From NCBI GenBank assembly GCA_045803545.1, contig JBJMOW010000004.1:832001-896000 (forward strand): a stretch of DNA of 64,000 nucleotides. The letters are read 5' to 3'. Position numbers and translations under genes: made by a program. The first letter of the stretch is position 1. Every line of letters starts with the position of its first letter. The notes below the pieces were generated by a model, which had not been told where the DNA came from, did not search any database, and worked only from the letters and a program-made list of their open reading frames with translations. The stretch is from Gemmatimonadaceae bacterium. GTDB lineage: Bacteria; Gemmatimonadota; Gemmatimonadetes; Gemmatimonadales; Gemmatimonadaceae. Below, piece by piece: positions 28,276 to 37,647 of this stretch.

Positions 28276-28785
28276 TCAGCCACCAGGCGGACGGGGCCCG
28301 CGCTGACGTGGAGGCTCCACGATCAACGCGTCAGCAGGAGTAGCGCCCGGGCGGACCTCGGTGTGACGGATCCGTCCGCCGAGTAGACCGGTGTAGATCA
28401 TGGCGCCGGCAACGAACGCCGTCGCCAGCAACGCTGCGTGCGTCACGCTGGTAGGAACGGGCTGCGAGCGCCAGCGAATCAGCGCGATCAGAGCGAGCGC
28501 GCCCAGAACACCGCCGAGTATGTAAGCCTTGTCGCCCATCGCCTGATGCGCCTCGATGTCGTCGTGTCGCACCCCCGGTATGCCGCGCAGCGCGTGCTCG
28601 GCGGCATCGCCGCTCAGATTCGCGGCGGCACCAGCAATCGCAGTCGCGATCAGAACGACGAGTGCAGTCCGCCTGAGCACGTCGCGCGCCGTGAAGTAGG
28701 ACGCGACGAACAGCGCCAGCGCGAATAGCGATCCAAAAATCGGAGAGTGATTGACGAGCAGATGGAAGTGTGCGCCAGTGAACAT
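28276..28785 (-). CDS. DUF2231-like four-TM membrane protein with conserved His residues
   Basis: 'HFHLLVNHSPI', 'IEAH', 'TGLLGGRIRHTE'. Confidence 0.7.
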   Translation of the reverse strand: MFTGAHFHLLVNHSPIFGSLFALALFVASYFTARDVLRRTALVVLIATAIAGAAANLSGDAAEHALRGIPGVRHDDIEAHQAMGDKAYILGGVLGALALIALIRWRSQPVPTSVTHAALLATAFVAGAMIYTGLLGGRIRHTEVRPGATPADALIVEPPRQRGPRPPGG

Positions 28786-28930
28786 GGGTCGGACGGTTGA
28801 GTTGGCGGGGACAATCGCAAATTGAACGCCGTATCAGCAGTTCATGACCTTGCAGGTGCAGTTGGTGTTACCCCTCGGCACCATGGTTCCAGCGCGGAGT
28901 ATGATGAACGAGACCCGAACCGAGGCGATT

Positions 28931-29800
28931 ATGCAGCGATTCACGTCAAATATTGCGAGGAAGTTCCGCGCCCTTCGACAAGGCGGCGGTGCGCCTCGAG
29001 CATTCATATTCAGCTACGACCACGTGCTCGGAACATCCCTGGAGCTCCAGGTCCGCGCACGGTCGGAACGCTCGGCGAAGCACGCCAAGGCCGAGGTGTT
29101 GATCGAGATCGATCGCCTCGACAACATTCTGAGTGGGTGGTCAACGAACAGTGAGTTCGCCCGCTGGCGCGCGTCGCAGCGAGAAGGGGTGCAGGTATCG
29201 CCAGATCTGGCGGAAGTCCTGCGCAGGGCGGAGGAGTGGCGTGCGATTACCGGTGGCGCGTTCGATCCCGCGCTCAGATCGGGAATGTCACTCGATGCAA
29301 TTGCCAAGGGATACATCGTCGCGATGGCTGCAGCGCTTGGCGCCGAGGTCGGTGGAGTCTCGGACATTCTGCTCAATATAGGCGGCGACGTTCAGCATTT
29401 TGGCGCGTTGCCGATGGTGATCGGCGTCGCAGATCCGTTCGCGCCGGCGGAGAATGCTCCGCCAATTGGAGCGGTACGGCTGGAGAACGCCGCGCTGGCG
29501 ACAAGCGGTGGATATCGGCGCGGATTCATGATGAATGGCCGACAGATATCGCACGTTGTTGACCCACGCACCGGTGAGCCCGTTGATCACATCGCGAGCG
29601 CTTCAGTCTTCGCATCCGATTGTGCCACGGCTGATGCACTGTCGACCGCATTCAGCGTGATGCAGCCATCGGAGAGCATCGCCCTCGCCGATTCGCTGCC
29701 CGATGTCGGCTGCATGCTTGTCGGGAACGATGGAGCCATCACCACCAACTCTGCGTGGATGGACCGCGCGGTCTATACGCATCAGCTAAGAGTCGCATGA
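28931..29800 (+). CDS. apbE: FAD:protein FMN transferase (ApbE family); start uncertain (28844/28904/28931)
   Basis: 'LGT', 'TGGAFDP', 'AIAKGY', 'NIGGD', 'ALATSGGYRR', 'SHVVDPRTG', 'ADALSTA'. Confidence 0.92.
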   Translation: MQRFTSNIARKFRALRQGGGAPRAFIFSYDHVLGTSLELQVRARSERSAKHAKAEVLIEIDRLDNILSGWSTNSEFARWRASQREGVQVSPDLAEVLRRAEEWRAITGGAFDPALRSGMSLDAIAKGYIVAMAAALGAEVGGVSDILLNIGGDVQHFGALPMVIGVADPFAPAENAPPIGAVRLENAALATSGGYRRGFMMNGRQISHVVDPRTGEPVDHIASASVFASDCATADALSTAFSVMQPSESIALADSLPDVGCMLVGNDGAITTNSAWMDRAVYTHQLRVA

Positions 29801-30444
29801 AGAATCCTGAATCAGTAGCACCGATCGATCGCCGCGGCGCGCTCGTCAGAATCGCCGGAGTTGCACTTTCGTTCACGGGATTAACCGGCCTGACGGGGAT
29901 GCGTCGCTTCAGTCCCGCCTCCCCCCTCCCGCCTCCCGCGTCCCGCCTCCCGCTTCCCGCTTCCCGCCCCTGGGATGATCGCTTCGAGCTCACCGTCGAT
30001 CTCGAGCTCGCGCAGCAGGGCGGCTTCCGCGCTCACCGACCGTACGTCGCGGTGTGGGTCGAGGATGCGACGGGTCGTCGAGTGCGTACGATAAGTCTGT
30101 GGGTGAATACGAGTGGCCGTGGTCCGCGCTACATTCGCGAGCTGCGTCGCTGGTTCGACGGCGAGCGGTCCGCGGAAGACGCCGGCGCTCCCGACGCAAT
30201 CGCGACGACATCGAGCGCAACGCGACTTCCTGGCCGCTACCAGGTGATGTGGAATGGTCGGGACGATCGCGGCAACGTAGTGCCGCAGGGAAGCTATCGA
30301 GTCATCGTCGAAGCAGCGCGCGAGCACGGCAGCTATCAACTGATGCAACAGCAGCTGAACCTCGCGGCGACGCCCGTGGCCGCCGACCTCGGCTCCAACG
30401 AAGAAATCGCGAGCGCACGTGTCGAGTATCGCCGCAAGAACTAA
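29797..30444 (+). CDS. DUF2271-family protein with twin-arginine-like signal
   Basis: 'RPYVAVWVED..G..VRTISLW', 'LRRW', 'SSATR.PG.Y...WNG.D', 'EAAREHG'; N-terminal DRRGAL plus hydrophobic stretch; ATGA overlap with apbE. Confidence 0.9.
   Translation: MKNPESVAPIDRRGALVRIAGVALSFTGLTGLTGMRRFSPASPLPPPASRLPLPASRPWDDRFELTVDLELAQQGGFRAHRPYVAVWVEDATGRRVRTISLWVNTSGRGPRYIRELRRWFDGERSAEDAGAPDAIATTSSATRLPGRYQVMWNGRDDRGNVVPQGSYRVIVEAAREHGSYQLMQQQLNLAATPVAADLGSNEEIASARVEYRRKN
29913..29968 (+). repeat. Eight tandem heptamers TCCCGC(C/T/G) inside the DUF2271 CDS
   Basis: TCCCGCC TCCCCCC TCCCGCC TCCCGCG TCCCGCC TCCCGCT TCCCGCT TCCCGCC. Confidence 0.9.
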
Positions 30445-30466
30445 TCGAGAGACCCGCGACGACCCG

Positions 30467-31075
30467 GTGATCGCGCACATACCGGCGCGTCGCCGCCGGC
30501 CGATGCGCCTGCGCGTACATTCCGCCCTGCGCTGGCTCCACATCTACACGTCGATGATCAGCCTGCTGATCGTGCTGTTCTTCGCCGCGACCGGAGTGAC
30601 GCTCAATCATCCCGACTGGCTCGCCAACGAGCGCATCTCGGAAGTTACCGGAACGCTCCCCTCCACCTGGAAGACGTCGAAAGGAATCGACTGGCTGGTG
30701 GTGGACGAAGCGCTGCGTGCTGACAAAGGAGTTCACGGGACCTTTGCGGATCGGCGAGAGGATGATCGAGAAGCATCACTGACATTCCGTGCGCCTGGTT
30801 ACTCTGCGGATGCTTTCATCGACGCGCAGACTGGCGCCTATCGCTTGACCACTTCCAATCAGGGAATGCTCGGCATCATCAACGATCTCCATCGCGGACG
30901 TGATGCCGGCAGTGCATGGGCGTGGGTGATCGACGCGGCCGGCATCTTCCTCGTCCTGCTTTCGCTCACAGGACTGGGGTTGTTGTTCTATCTGAGAAAG
31001 GTCCGGTTCTCAGCGCTGCTCACTCTAGCTGGTGGAGCAGCGCTGATCATCATCCTCGCCAGGTTCGCGACGTAA
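30467..31075 (+). CDS. PepSY-associated TM-helix membrane protein
   Basis: 'RWLHIYTSM...FAATGVTLNHPDW', 'NDLHRGRDAG.AW.WVID'. Confidence 0.9.
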   Translation: MIAHIPARRRRPMRLRVHSALRWLHIYTSMISLLIVLFFAATGVTLNHPDWLANERISEVTGTLPSTWKTSKGIDWLVVDEALRADKGVHGTFADRREDDREASLTFRAPGYSADAFIDAQTGAYRLTTSNQGMLGIINDLHRGRDAGSAWAWVIDAAGIFLVLLSLTGLGLLFYLRKVRFSALLTLAGGAALIIILARFAT

Positions 31076-31079
31076 AAGA

Positions 31080-32816
31080 TCAGTGAAGAAGCTTCACCTG
31101 AACGGGATCAGCGCTCGATACGAGAATGGTTCCATTGCCAAGTTGGCCGAGATTTCCGTATCCCCAGCAGTATGCCCGTCCAGCGGTCGAGATTCCGCAG
31201 GTCGTGAACGCGTTTGGTGCGCTAGTGATGCTCGCGAAGGTTATTCCGCCATTGATCGGACCGGGTACATACCGATCGGTGCCGACGGGGCCGCCCGCCT
31301 GACCGTTGCTGTTGCTGCCCCAGCAGTCCGCGTTGCCGGCGTTCATCCCACAGATGTGCGAGGCTCCGTAAGCTACCTGGGCGTATGATTGTCCAAGCGC
31401 GGCTTGAACGAGCGTGCTGGGCGACGCCGTACTCGCAGTGCCCTTGCCCCAGTAGCCATAGTACTCGTAGCCCCAGCACCAGATCACGCCGTCGGTCTTC
31501 TGACCGCAGCGATAGACTCCGCCCATTCCAAGTTTCTGGAAGGTCGCGCCTCCGACCTGAATCAACGGAGTGCGCGTGCAGTTGGCGTTCTGTCCTGCCT
31601 GACAATCGGTCTGTTCTGTACCGCCGACTTCGGCGCCCCAGCAATAGGCCGTCCCGGAGAAATCACGCCCACAACTGATCTTCTCCGCTCCCATTACCTC
31701 TGCGAAGCGGACAGGGCCGGCGACCTTCAGCGGTGTTGCGCTGCAAGGTTCGTTGGTGCTGAAGAAACTGCATCTGTCGGCGCCAGTGACACCGGCGCCA
31801 AGCTGGCCCCATGAATCCCAACCCCAGCACCAAGTGTCGCCGGCGGTGTCGATGCCGCAGGTGTGCATGCGAGCAGCGCTGATCGAAGTGAAGATGTGGC
31901 CACCGACAACGGGGATCGGCTGCCTGATTTCGCCGCCCGGCGCGCCGTTGCCTACCTGCCCGTAGTAGTTGCCGCCCCAACACCAGGGCACGCCGGCGCT
32001 GGTGAGCGCGCAGGTGTGGAATTCGCCAGCTGTCACGTATACGAATCGCTCGCCGCCCGTTACCTGAATCGGCGTCAGGTTACAACGTCCACCGATTTGA
32101 TTGGTGCAATCGCTCGAGGTTGTTCCGACGCCGAGGTTGCCATTGATGTCGGAGCCCCAGCAATAGAGGCGGTGAGTACCGGTGATTCCGCATGTGTGCT
32201 GAGAACCGGTGGCGATCTGAGTGAAATGCGGTACTACTGTGACGTTGATGTCCGAATGGAGATTCTCCACCGTCGCGGTGATCGTCGCCGGTCCAGTTGC
32301 TAAGGTGCGGATGCGTCCCTTGTCATCCACTGTCGCGATACCTGTCGACGAAGAGCTGTAAGTCACCACCGCATTCGGCGCTGCCTTGTTGTGCGAGTTG
32401 GTCACGACGACGGATGTCGAGAGCGAATCGTCCAGCAGCAGCGTCGCGGTATCACGACCGAAGCTGATGGTAGTGATCGGCGCCCACGATACGGTAACTG
32501 TGAGCTCGTCGTGCAATCCGGCGACGTGAGCGGAAATGGTGGTGGTTCCCGCCGTCAAAGCTGTTACGACGCCTTTGCTATCAACCGTCGCCACGATGGG
32601 CACCGATGAGGAATAGCTGACCAACGACGGACCACCAACCGTGCCGTCGGACATCGTAACCGTCGCGGGAAGCGAGAGGGAGTCATCGGCGATGATACTC
32701 GCCACATGCGTACCGAACGCCAGGCTTTTTGGCGTCGCTGGAGGTGTGGCTTCGCTACAGGCAACAAGCACGATGCCGGCGGCGATACTCGCCAGCATTC
32801 GCGGAAATGATTGCAT
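31080..32816 (-). CDS. Lipoprotein with two Big_2 (Ig-like) domains and RCC1 repeats
   Basis: Lipobox LVAC; 'YSSS...ATVD..G.V' twice; repeated 'HTC.....G..WCWG....GQLG'. Confidence 0.9.
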   Translation of the reverse strand: MQSFPRMLASIAAGIVLVACSEATPPATPKSLAFGTHVASIIADDSLSLPATVTMSDGTVGGPSLVSYSSSVPIVATVDSKGVVTALTAGTTTISAHVAGLHDELTVTVSWAPITTISFGRDTATLLLDDSLSTSVVVTNSHNKAAPNAVVTYSSSSTGIATVDDKGRIRTLATGPATITATVENLHSDINVTVVPHFTQIATGSQHTCGITGTHRLYCWGSDINGNLGVGTTSSDCTNQIGGRCNLTPIQVTGGERFVYVTAGEFHTCALTSAGVPWCWGGNYYGQVGNGAPGGEIRQPIPVVGGHIFTSISAARMHTCGIDTAGDTWCWGWDSWGQLGAGVTGADRCSFFSTNEPCSATPLKVAGPVRFAEVMGAEKISCGRDFSGTAYCWGAEVGGTEQTDCQAGQNANCTRTPLIQVGGATFQKLGMGGVYRCGQKTDGVIWCWGYEYYGYWGKGTASTASPSTLVQAALGQSYAQVAYGASHICGMNAGNADCWGSNSNGQAGGPVGTDRYVPGPINGGITFASITSAPNAFTTCGISTAGRAYCWGYGNLGQLGNGTILVSSADPVQVKLLH

Positions 32817-32993
32817 CGGGTGGGCCTTAAGTGGTGAAGGGCCTCCCAATGTTTGTATCGGGCTGATTCAGCGCAAGAGTACTTTCGGCGTAGCATGATA
32901 ATGTCCTAGAATAGTGACCATCATGAAGAAATGGCTTGGTCGCCCCAGGCAGATCACGTCGGCATGAACTCAAAGCGCTAATCAAGACTTCGA

Positions 32994-33992
32994 GTGCGAA
33001 TCGTCGTCATCGGCGGCACTGGTCATGTCGGCACCTTCCTCGTTCCGCGACTGGTCAACGCGGGCCATGAGGTCATCGTCGCCAGTCGTGGTAAGCGTGA
33101 GCCGTATCTCGCGCACGAAGCCTGGAAGAAAGTCCGTCAAATAGAGATCGATCGCGCCGCCGAGGATGAAGCGGGTACTTTTGGCTCCCGCATCGCAAAG
33201 CTCGATGCCGATGCGATCATCGACATGATCTGCTTCACACCCGAAAGCGCGCAACAGCTCATCGCCGCTCTAAAGCAACGCCTCGCTGCCGCCGGCTCCC
33301 CCCTCCCGATTCTCCTCCATTGCGGCACGATGTGGGTTCACGGCCGGCCGACGACCGTTCCTGTCACCGAGGACATGCCGCGCCTCCCGTTCGGCGATTA
33401 CGGAATCAAGAAGGCCGCAATCGAGAAGCTTCTACTCGAGGCCACTCGCAGCGGCGATGCGCGCGCGACAATCCTTCATCCCGGCCACTTGGTCGGCCCC
33501 GGATGGAATCCGGTGAATCCTGCTGGTCACTTCAATCCCGACGTATTCACGCGCATCGCTCGTGGAGACGTGCTCACCCTTCCGAACGAAGGATCGGAGA
33601 CGGTTCACCACGTCCACGCCGACGACGTCGCGCAGGCGTTCGAGCTCGCGCTCACCAAACCCGAAGCAAGCGTTGGTGAAAGCTTTCACGTCGTCTCGCC
33701 AGCGCCGATGACTCTACGTGCCTACGCCGAAGCGATGTATGCGCATTTCGACCGGCAACCGCGACTCGAGTTCCTGCCGTGGGAAGAGTGGCGACACACC
33801 GTCGCCGAACAGGAAGCTGCCGCGACCTGGGACCACATCGCCCATTCACCACACGGCAGTATCGCCAAAGCGCGCCAGAAACTCGGCTATTCACCGCGCT
33901 ACTCCTCGCTCGAGGCAGTCATCGAGTCGATATCCGTCAGAGACGATTTGGCGACTCCGGGTCGTGACTCGGCAGGTACGCGACGCCGGTAG
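32994..33992 (+). CDS. NAD-dependent epimerase/dehydratase family protein
   Basis: GGTGHVG, YGIKK, HVHADDVA. Confidence 0.9.
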   Translation: MRIVVIGGTGHVGTFLVPRLVNAGHEVIVASRGKREPYLAHEAWKKVRQIEIDRAAEDEAGTFGSRIAKLDADAIIDMICFTPESAQQLIAALKQRLAAAGSPLPILLHCGTMWVHGRPTTVPVTEDMPRLPFGDYGIKKAAIEKLLLEATRSGDARATILHPGHLVGPGWNPVNPAGHFNPDVFTRIARGDVLTLPNEGSETVHHVHADDVAQAFELALTKPEASVGESFHVVSPAPMTLRAYAEAMYAHFDRQPRLEFLPWEEWRHTVAEQEAAATWDHIAHSPHGSIAKARQKLGYSPRYSSLEAVIESISVRDDLATPGRDSAGTRRR

Positions 33993-34803
33993 AAATGAGT
34001 TTCGCCACTCGGCGTAGGGTGTCGTGATGCTTGTCCACGTCGGCGATGAAACCCTGATCGCGCTGCGCCTCCAGAGCGCGCGCGGTATAGGTCACGTCGC
34101 CGGCTAACAGAACGTCCTGCTTGCCCGTGCGCACCAGAAAACTGGTGTGACCCGGAGTATGTCCCGGCGTCGGCAGCGCCACGATCGAGCCATCCGCTGT
34201 CACCGGCCAGCTACCCGGGAATCCCAGCATCGGCGATCCGTCGAATTCGAACGTGTTGGGAACGAAACCGCTGGGAACCGGCGCGGTCATGAATCGCATT
34301 AACCGTCCCGGAAAACGCGCTACCGGTTCCCACTCCGGTTTCGCAACCCACACTCGCTCCGTGTCGAACGCCGCCAATCCTCCGACGTGATCGCCATGCA
34401 GATGCGTCAGCAACACGCGATCGAACTCAGCGGGCTCGAACCCAGCTCGAGCCAGTTCCGAAATCAGGCCCTCCTGAGCGGAAACATTGAACCTGGTTCT
34501 GGTCACGCCGCCGGTCATATCCGGACGCGCACCCGTATCGATCAGAACAAGCTCTCGTTCCGTCTCGATGATCCACGCCCACATCGGCAGCGGACCGGTG
34601 AAATCCGGATCGCGCCACAAAGAACGAATCAATCCGAAGGGCCCGCCGTGCGACGGACTGCCCTCGAGAAAGGTCGGCTTCAGCTGCAGTGTTCCTGTGG
34701 TGATCGGTGTGATCCTGATCGATGCTCGACCGTCGCGCTGACGCAGCGAAGCGCGTCTTACCGCAGTCGACAATCGTGTACCCTGCTTTTCATCGCGAAG
34801 CAT
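33937..34803 (-). CDS. Metallo-beta-lactamase-fold N-acyl-homoserine-lactonase-like hydrolase (start 34803 or 34818)
   Basis: LIDTG, THLHGDH, PGHTPGH, AGD, PSHD. Confidence 0.85.
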   Translation of the reverse strand: MLRDEKQGTRLSTAVRRASLRQRDGRASIRITPITTGTLQLKPTFLEGSPSHGGPFGLIRSLWRDPDFTGPLPMWAWIIETERELVLIDTGARPDMTGGVTRTRFNVSAQEGLISELARAGFEPAEFDRVLLTHLHGDHVGGLAAFDTERVWVAKPEWEPVARFPGRLMRFMTAPVPSGFVPNTFEFDGSPMLGFPGSWPVTADGSIVALPTPGHTPGHTSFLVRTGKQDVLLAGDVTYTARALEAQRDQGFIADVDKHHDTLRRVAKLISTGVAYLPSHDPESPNRL

Positions 34804-34941
34804 TGAGTATCCTGTCATTGCAATTCAACCGCTGCATTCAAGCGAGTGATTTTCACTCGCCCGAAAGTTCGGTCGTTTGCGCGGGTAAGTCTTGAACGAA
34901 GGCAGGGCAGATTTTTGAACGATTGTGCTGTCGTGCGCTGC

Positions 34942-37344
34942 CTAGAGGCGAATGGTTTGCCGGCCCGGGTGGAGTTGCCGGCGTTGCCCATGCCACACCA
35001 GCTCGCCTGACAAACCGGGCGGCAGCGTGATATCTGCACTCAATCCGCGCTCGCCTATCTGTTCATACGCAACTTCGATATCGCCGAGTGGATGCGGGAT
35101 GCGTCCCGCTGCGTGGCGGAGCGGGCCAAGCGCGGGCGTGATGCTCACCGTGCGAAATCCGGCGCTCGATGGACGCACACCAAGCACGGTAGCGAGCAGC
35201 CCGTAATTCGGATGCGCAGACCAGGCGTGGGTATCCGATCGCGTCGGCTCCGGATTCTCCGGCGCCGATGTCAGACCAAGCGCAAGCATCTGCTGCCACG
35301 GCGCGAGCTGCTCGATGTAGCGCTCGCCGAGTCCAGCTTTGCGCAGCGCCTCGAGCACGTAAAAGCTGAAGTAATAAGAAGCGGGAGTGAGCGCGGTATC
35401 AGCGAGCACTCGCTCCATCACCGCACGCTGCATCGACGGCGGAATGGCGTCGGTGAGAATCGCCAGAACATTTGTCTGCTGACTGTAGGTTGCGGTGGTG
35501 TCGGGCGAATCGCGCAACAGACCGCGTCGAGAATCCCATGCGTGCGCGCGCACCGCTTTGCGCACGGCTTCAGCACGCGCACGATAGTCTGTCGCGGTGC
35601 CGCTCGCGCCGAGTGATTGCTCGAGCTCCGCTGCGCGGTCCAGAGCGTAGACGAAGAGGAGGCTGATCGTCGCCGAGTGACCGACATCTCCGCTCGGTGG
35701 CACTCCGCGATCCCAGCGGGGAGTCCAGTCGACGTAGTTCCAGTACGGCATCGGGCCGAGCATGCCGGTGGAGTCGATGTGTCCTCCGTACCAATCGAGG
35801 ATGCCGCGGATGCCCGCGAGTCGCGCGCGCACGAACGCAGGATCGTCGCGCAGCATGAAGTAGTCATGCACCATCGCGACGTAGATCAGCGAGAACGGCG
35901 GAATGATCTGTGTCAGCGACGACGGATAGCGACTGGTGGTAAGTCCTTCAGGAATGCGCGACCGATCGAATTGCTCGATCGCCTGTCGTACGAGCCGGTC
36001 GTCGCCCGCGACGTAGAGTGAAATCAATCCCTGTATACGGGTGTCGCCGATGTACTGGAGCTGCTCCCAGTACGGGGTGTCCATGTAGGTCTCGAACGCG
36101 CCAATGCGGGCGCCGTTCCAGTTCATTCTCCACATGTCGGATAGCCATGGCAGATCGCTACTGAATCTCCCACGCTCGACGAATGGATAGCCCGTGACGA
36201 TTCCGTGGAGATCGTGCACGCGCAGAGGTTCGTCGCGCGTGGTGATGTCGAGCTGGATGTAGCGGAAGGAGCGCCAGTACAACGAAGTGAATCGGCGATG
36301 CGATCCGCCGTCGGGCAGGAAGACGTCGTACACTCCGTGAATGGTGCGTCCGTCGACATCGTTCCGGTTTCCTTTTTCGCCTTTCGCGTCGACGAGCGCT
36401 TCGGCGTAGGTGAGGCGGATGACGCTGCCGGTGCCGCCGCTCGTCTCGAGAATCGGGTAGGCGTCAGTAGTGTGCGACTGATCGAGCAGGATGGAGATGC
36501 TCGAGCGCGCGGGAATCGTCAGATCACCACTACCCCGCAGAAACCCGCCGTCGGTTTGCCCATTGCTCGCGCGTCGCACGCTGGCAAGCCGTTGTTCCTT
36601 CTCCTCCATCGGAGGGATCGACCTCGGCTCGAGCTGCCATCCCGAGACTTCACCGTAGTCACCGGGCGGCATCGCATATCGTTTGAAATCGCCCACGATC
36701 GCAGGAGCGCTCCACCCATCGTCGACGTACTGCGCACTCTCCCAGCCCCACGGGTAGCGTGCGCCGTTGATGGAATCTCCTGGCGCTGCCGCGTAATAGT
36801 TCTTCATGTAGGCGCTGGTGATCACGATCGGCGCGTAAGCGGAATCGATCAGCATCTTCCAGTCACGCCCGGTGTTGACGAGCGCTGCTTCGGTCGCGCT
36901 GTTGCCCTGCAGCACGAAACCAGTGCGGTGACTGTGTTGGGCGACTGGTCGAGCGACGCCCCAATTCCAGACGAGCGCGGCGATGACGTTGCGCCCCGTG
37001 TGCAGCTGCGGCGCGAGATCGACTGTTTCGTAGCGCCAGTGTGCGACGTCCGACCGCTGGGGGCCGGACGACATCTGCACGCCATTCACGTAGAGTCGAT
37101 ATCGATTGTCAGCGGACACGTGCACCACAAATCGCGTCGGCATCTTCTCGAGCGTGAAGCTTCTGCGCGCGTGAAAGACGGTGAATGAATCGCCCGGTAC
37201 TTTTGCTGGTGCGATCCAGTTTGCCGCGAGCGCGCCGTCGAACACTCGCGGCTGCTGACCGCGGAGCATCGCGGCAGGCACAGAGAGTAAACCGATCGCG
37301 ATCGTCAGATTGCGGATCAGCCGGTCAACTTTGTCAGCGTTCAC
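34942..37344 (-). CDS. Alpha-L-rhamnosidase (GH78), exported
   Basis: 'SADNRY.LYVNG', 'RSFRYIQL', 'ETYMDTPYWEQLQYIGD', 'RSDTHAWSAHP'. Confidence 0.92.
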   Translation of the reverse strand: MNADKVDRLIRNLTIAIGLLSVPAAMLRGQQPRVFDGALAANWIAPAKVPGDSFTVFHARRSFTLEKMPTRFVVHVSADNRYRLYVNGVQMSSGPQRSDVAHWRYETVDLAPQLHTGRNVIAALVWNWGVARPVAQHSHRTGFVLQGNSATEAALVNTGRDWKMLIDSAYAPIVITSAYMKNYYAAAPGDSINGARYPWGWESAQYVDDGWSAPAIVGDFKRYAMPPGDYGEVSGWQLEPRSIPPMEEKEQRLASVRRASNGQTDGGFLRGSGDLTIPARSSISILLDQSHTTDAYPILETSGGTGSVIRLTYAEALVDAKGEKGNRNDVDGRTIHGVYDVFLPDGGSHRRFTSLYWRSFRYIQLDITTRDEPLRVHDLHGIVTGYPFVERGRFSSDLPWLSDMWRMNWNGARIGAFETYMDTPYWEQLQYIGDTRIQGLISLYVAGDDRLVRQAIEQFDRSRIPEGLTTSRYPSSLTQIIPPFSLIYVAMVHDYFMLRDDPAFVRARLAGIRGILDWYGGHIDSTGMLGPMPYWNYVDWTPRWDRGVPPSGDVGHSATISLLFVYALDRAAELEQSLGASGTATDYRARAEAVRKAVRAHAWDSRRGLLRDSPDTTATYSQQTNVLAILTDAIPPSMQRAVMERVLADTALTPASYYFSFYVLEALRKAGLGERYIEQLAPWQQMLALGLTSAPENPEPTRSDTHAWSAHPNYGLLATVLGVRPSSAGFRTVSITPALGPLRHAAGRIPHPLGDIEVAYEQIGERGLSADITLPPGLSGELVWHGQRRQLHPGRQTIRL

Positions 37345-37647
37345 GGTGATGGAATAACCGACATTGAACGCCTCGTCAAACCCGAGTTATTCTGTGGGGG
37401 CGCGCCTACGGCAGAGCTTCGCAGCTCAGCCATTCGCAGCGGTACTGCTGAGTGCGTGTAACCCACGCTGTGCCAAGGGCTTACAGCATGTAACAAAGCT
37501 GCCCAAAGGGTTCAAAATCCGCCCACAATCGGCTACATTTAGACCGTAAACATTTGACCGTCCCAAGCCGTTGGATCCTTTGCGCAGCGCTCGTATGCTG
37601 CTGCCAAAGAGGTTCGCGCCAAGTGGCGTTTTCACTCGGAGGTTTCT

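Noticed and set aside
32894..32925. Fur-box-like GATAATG within a weak CATGAT...ATCATG palindrome
   Set aside because: Only half of the 19-bp Fur consensus matches, and the flanking genes have no evident iron link.
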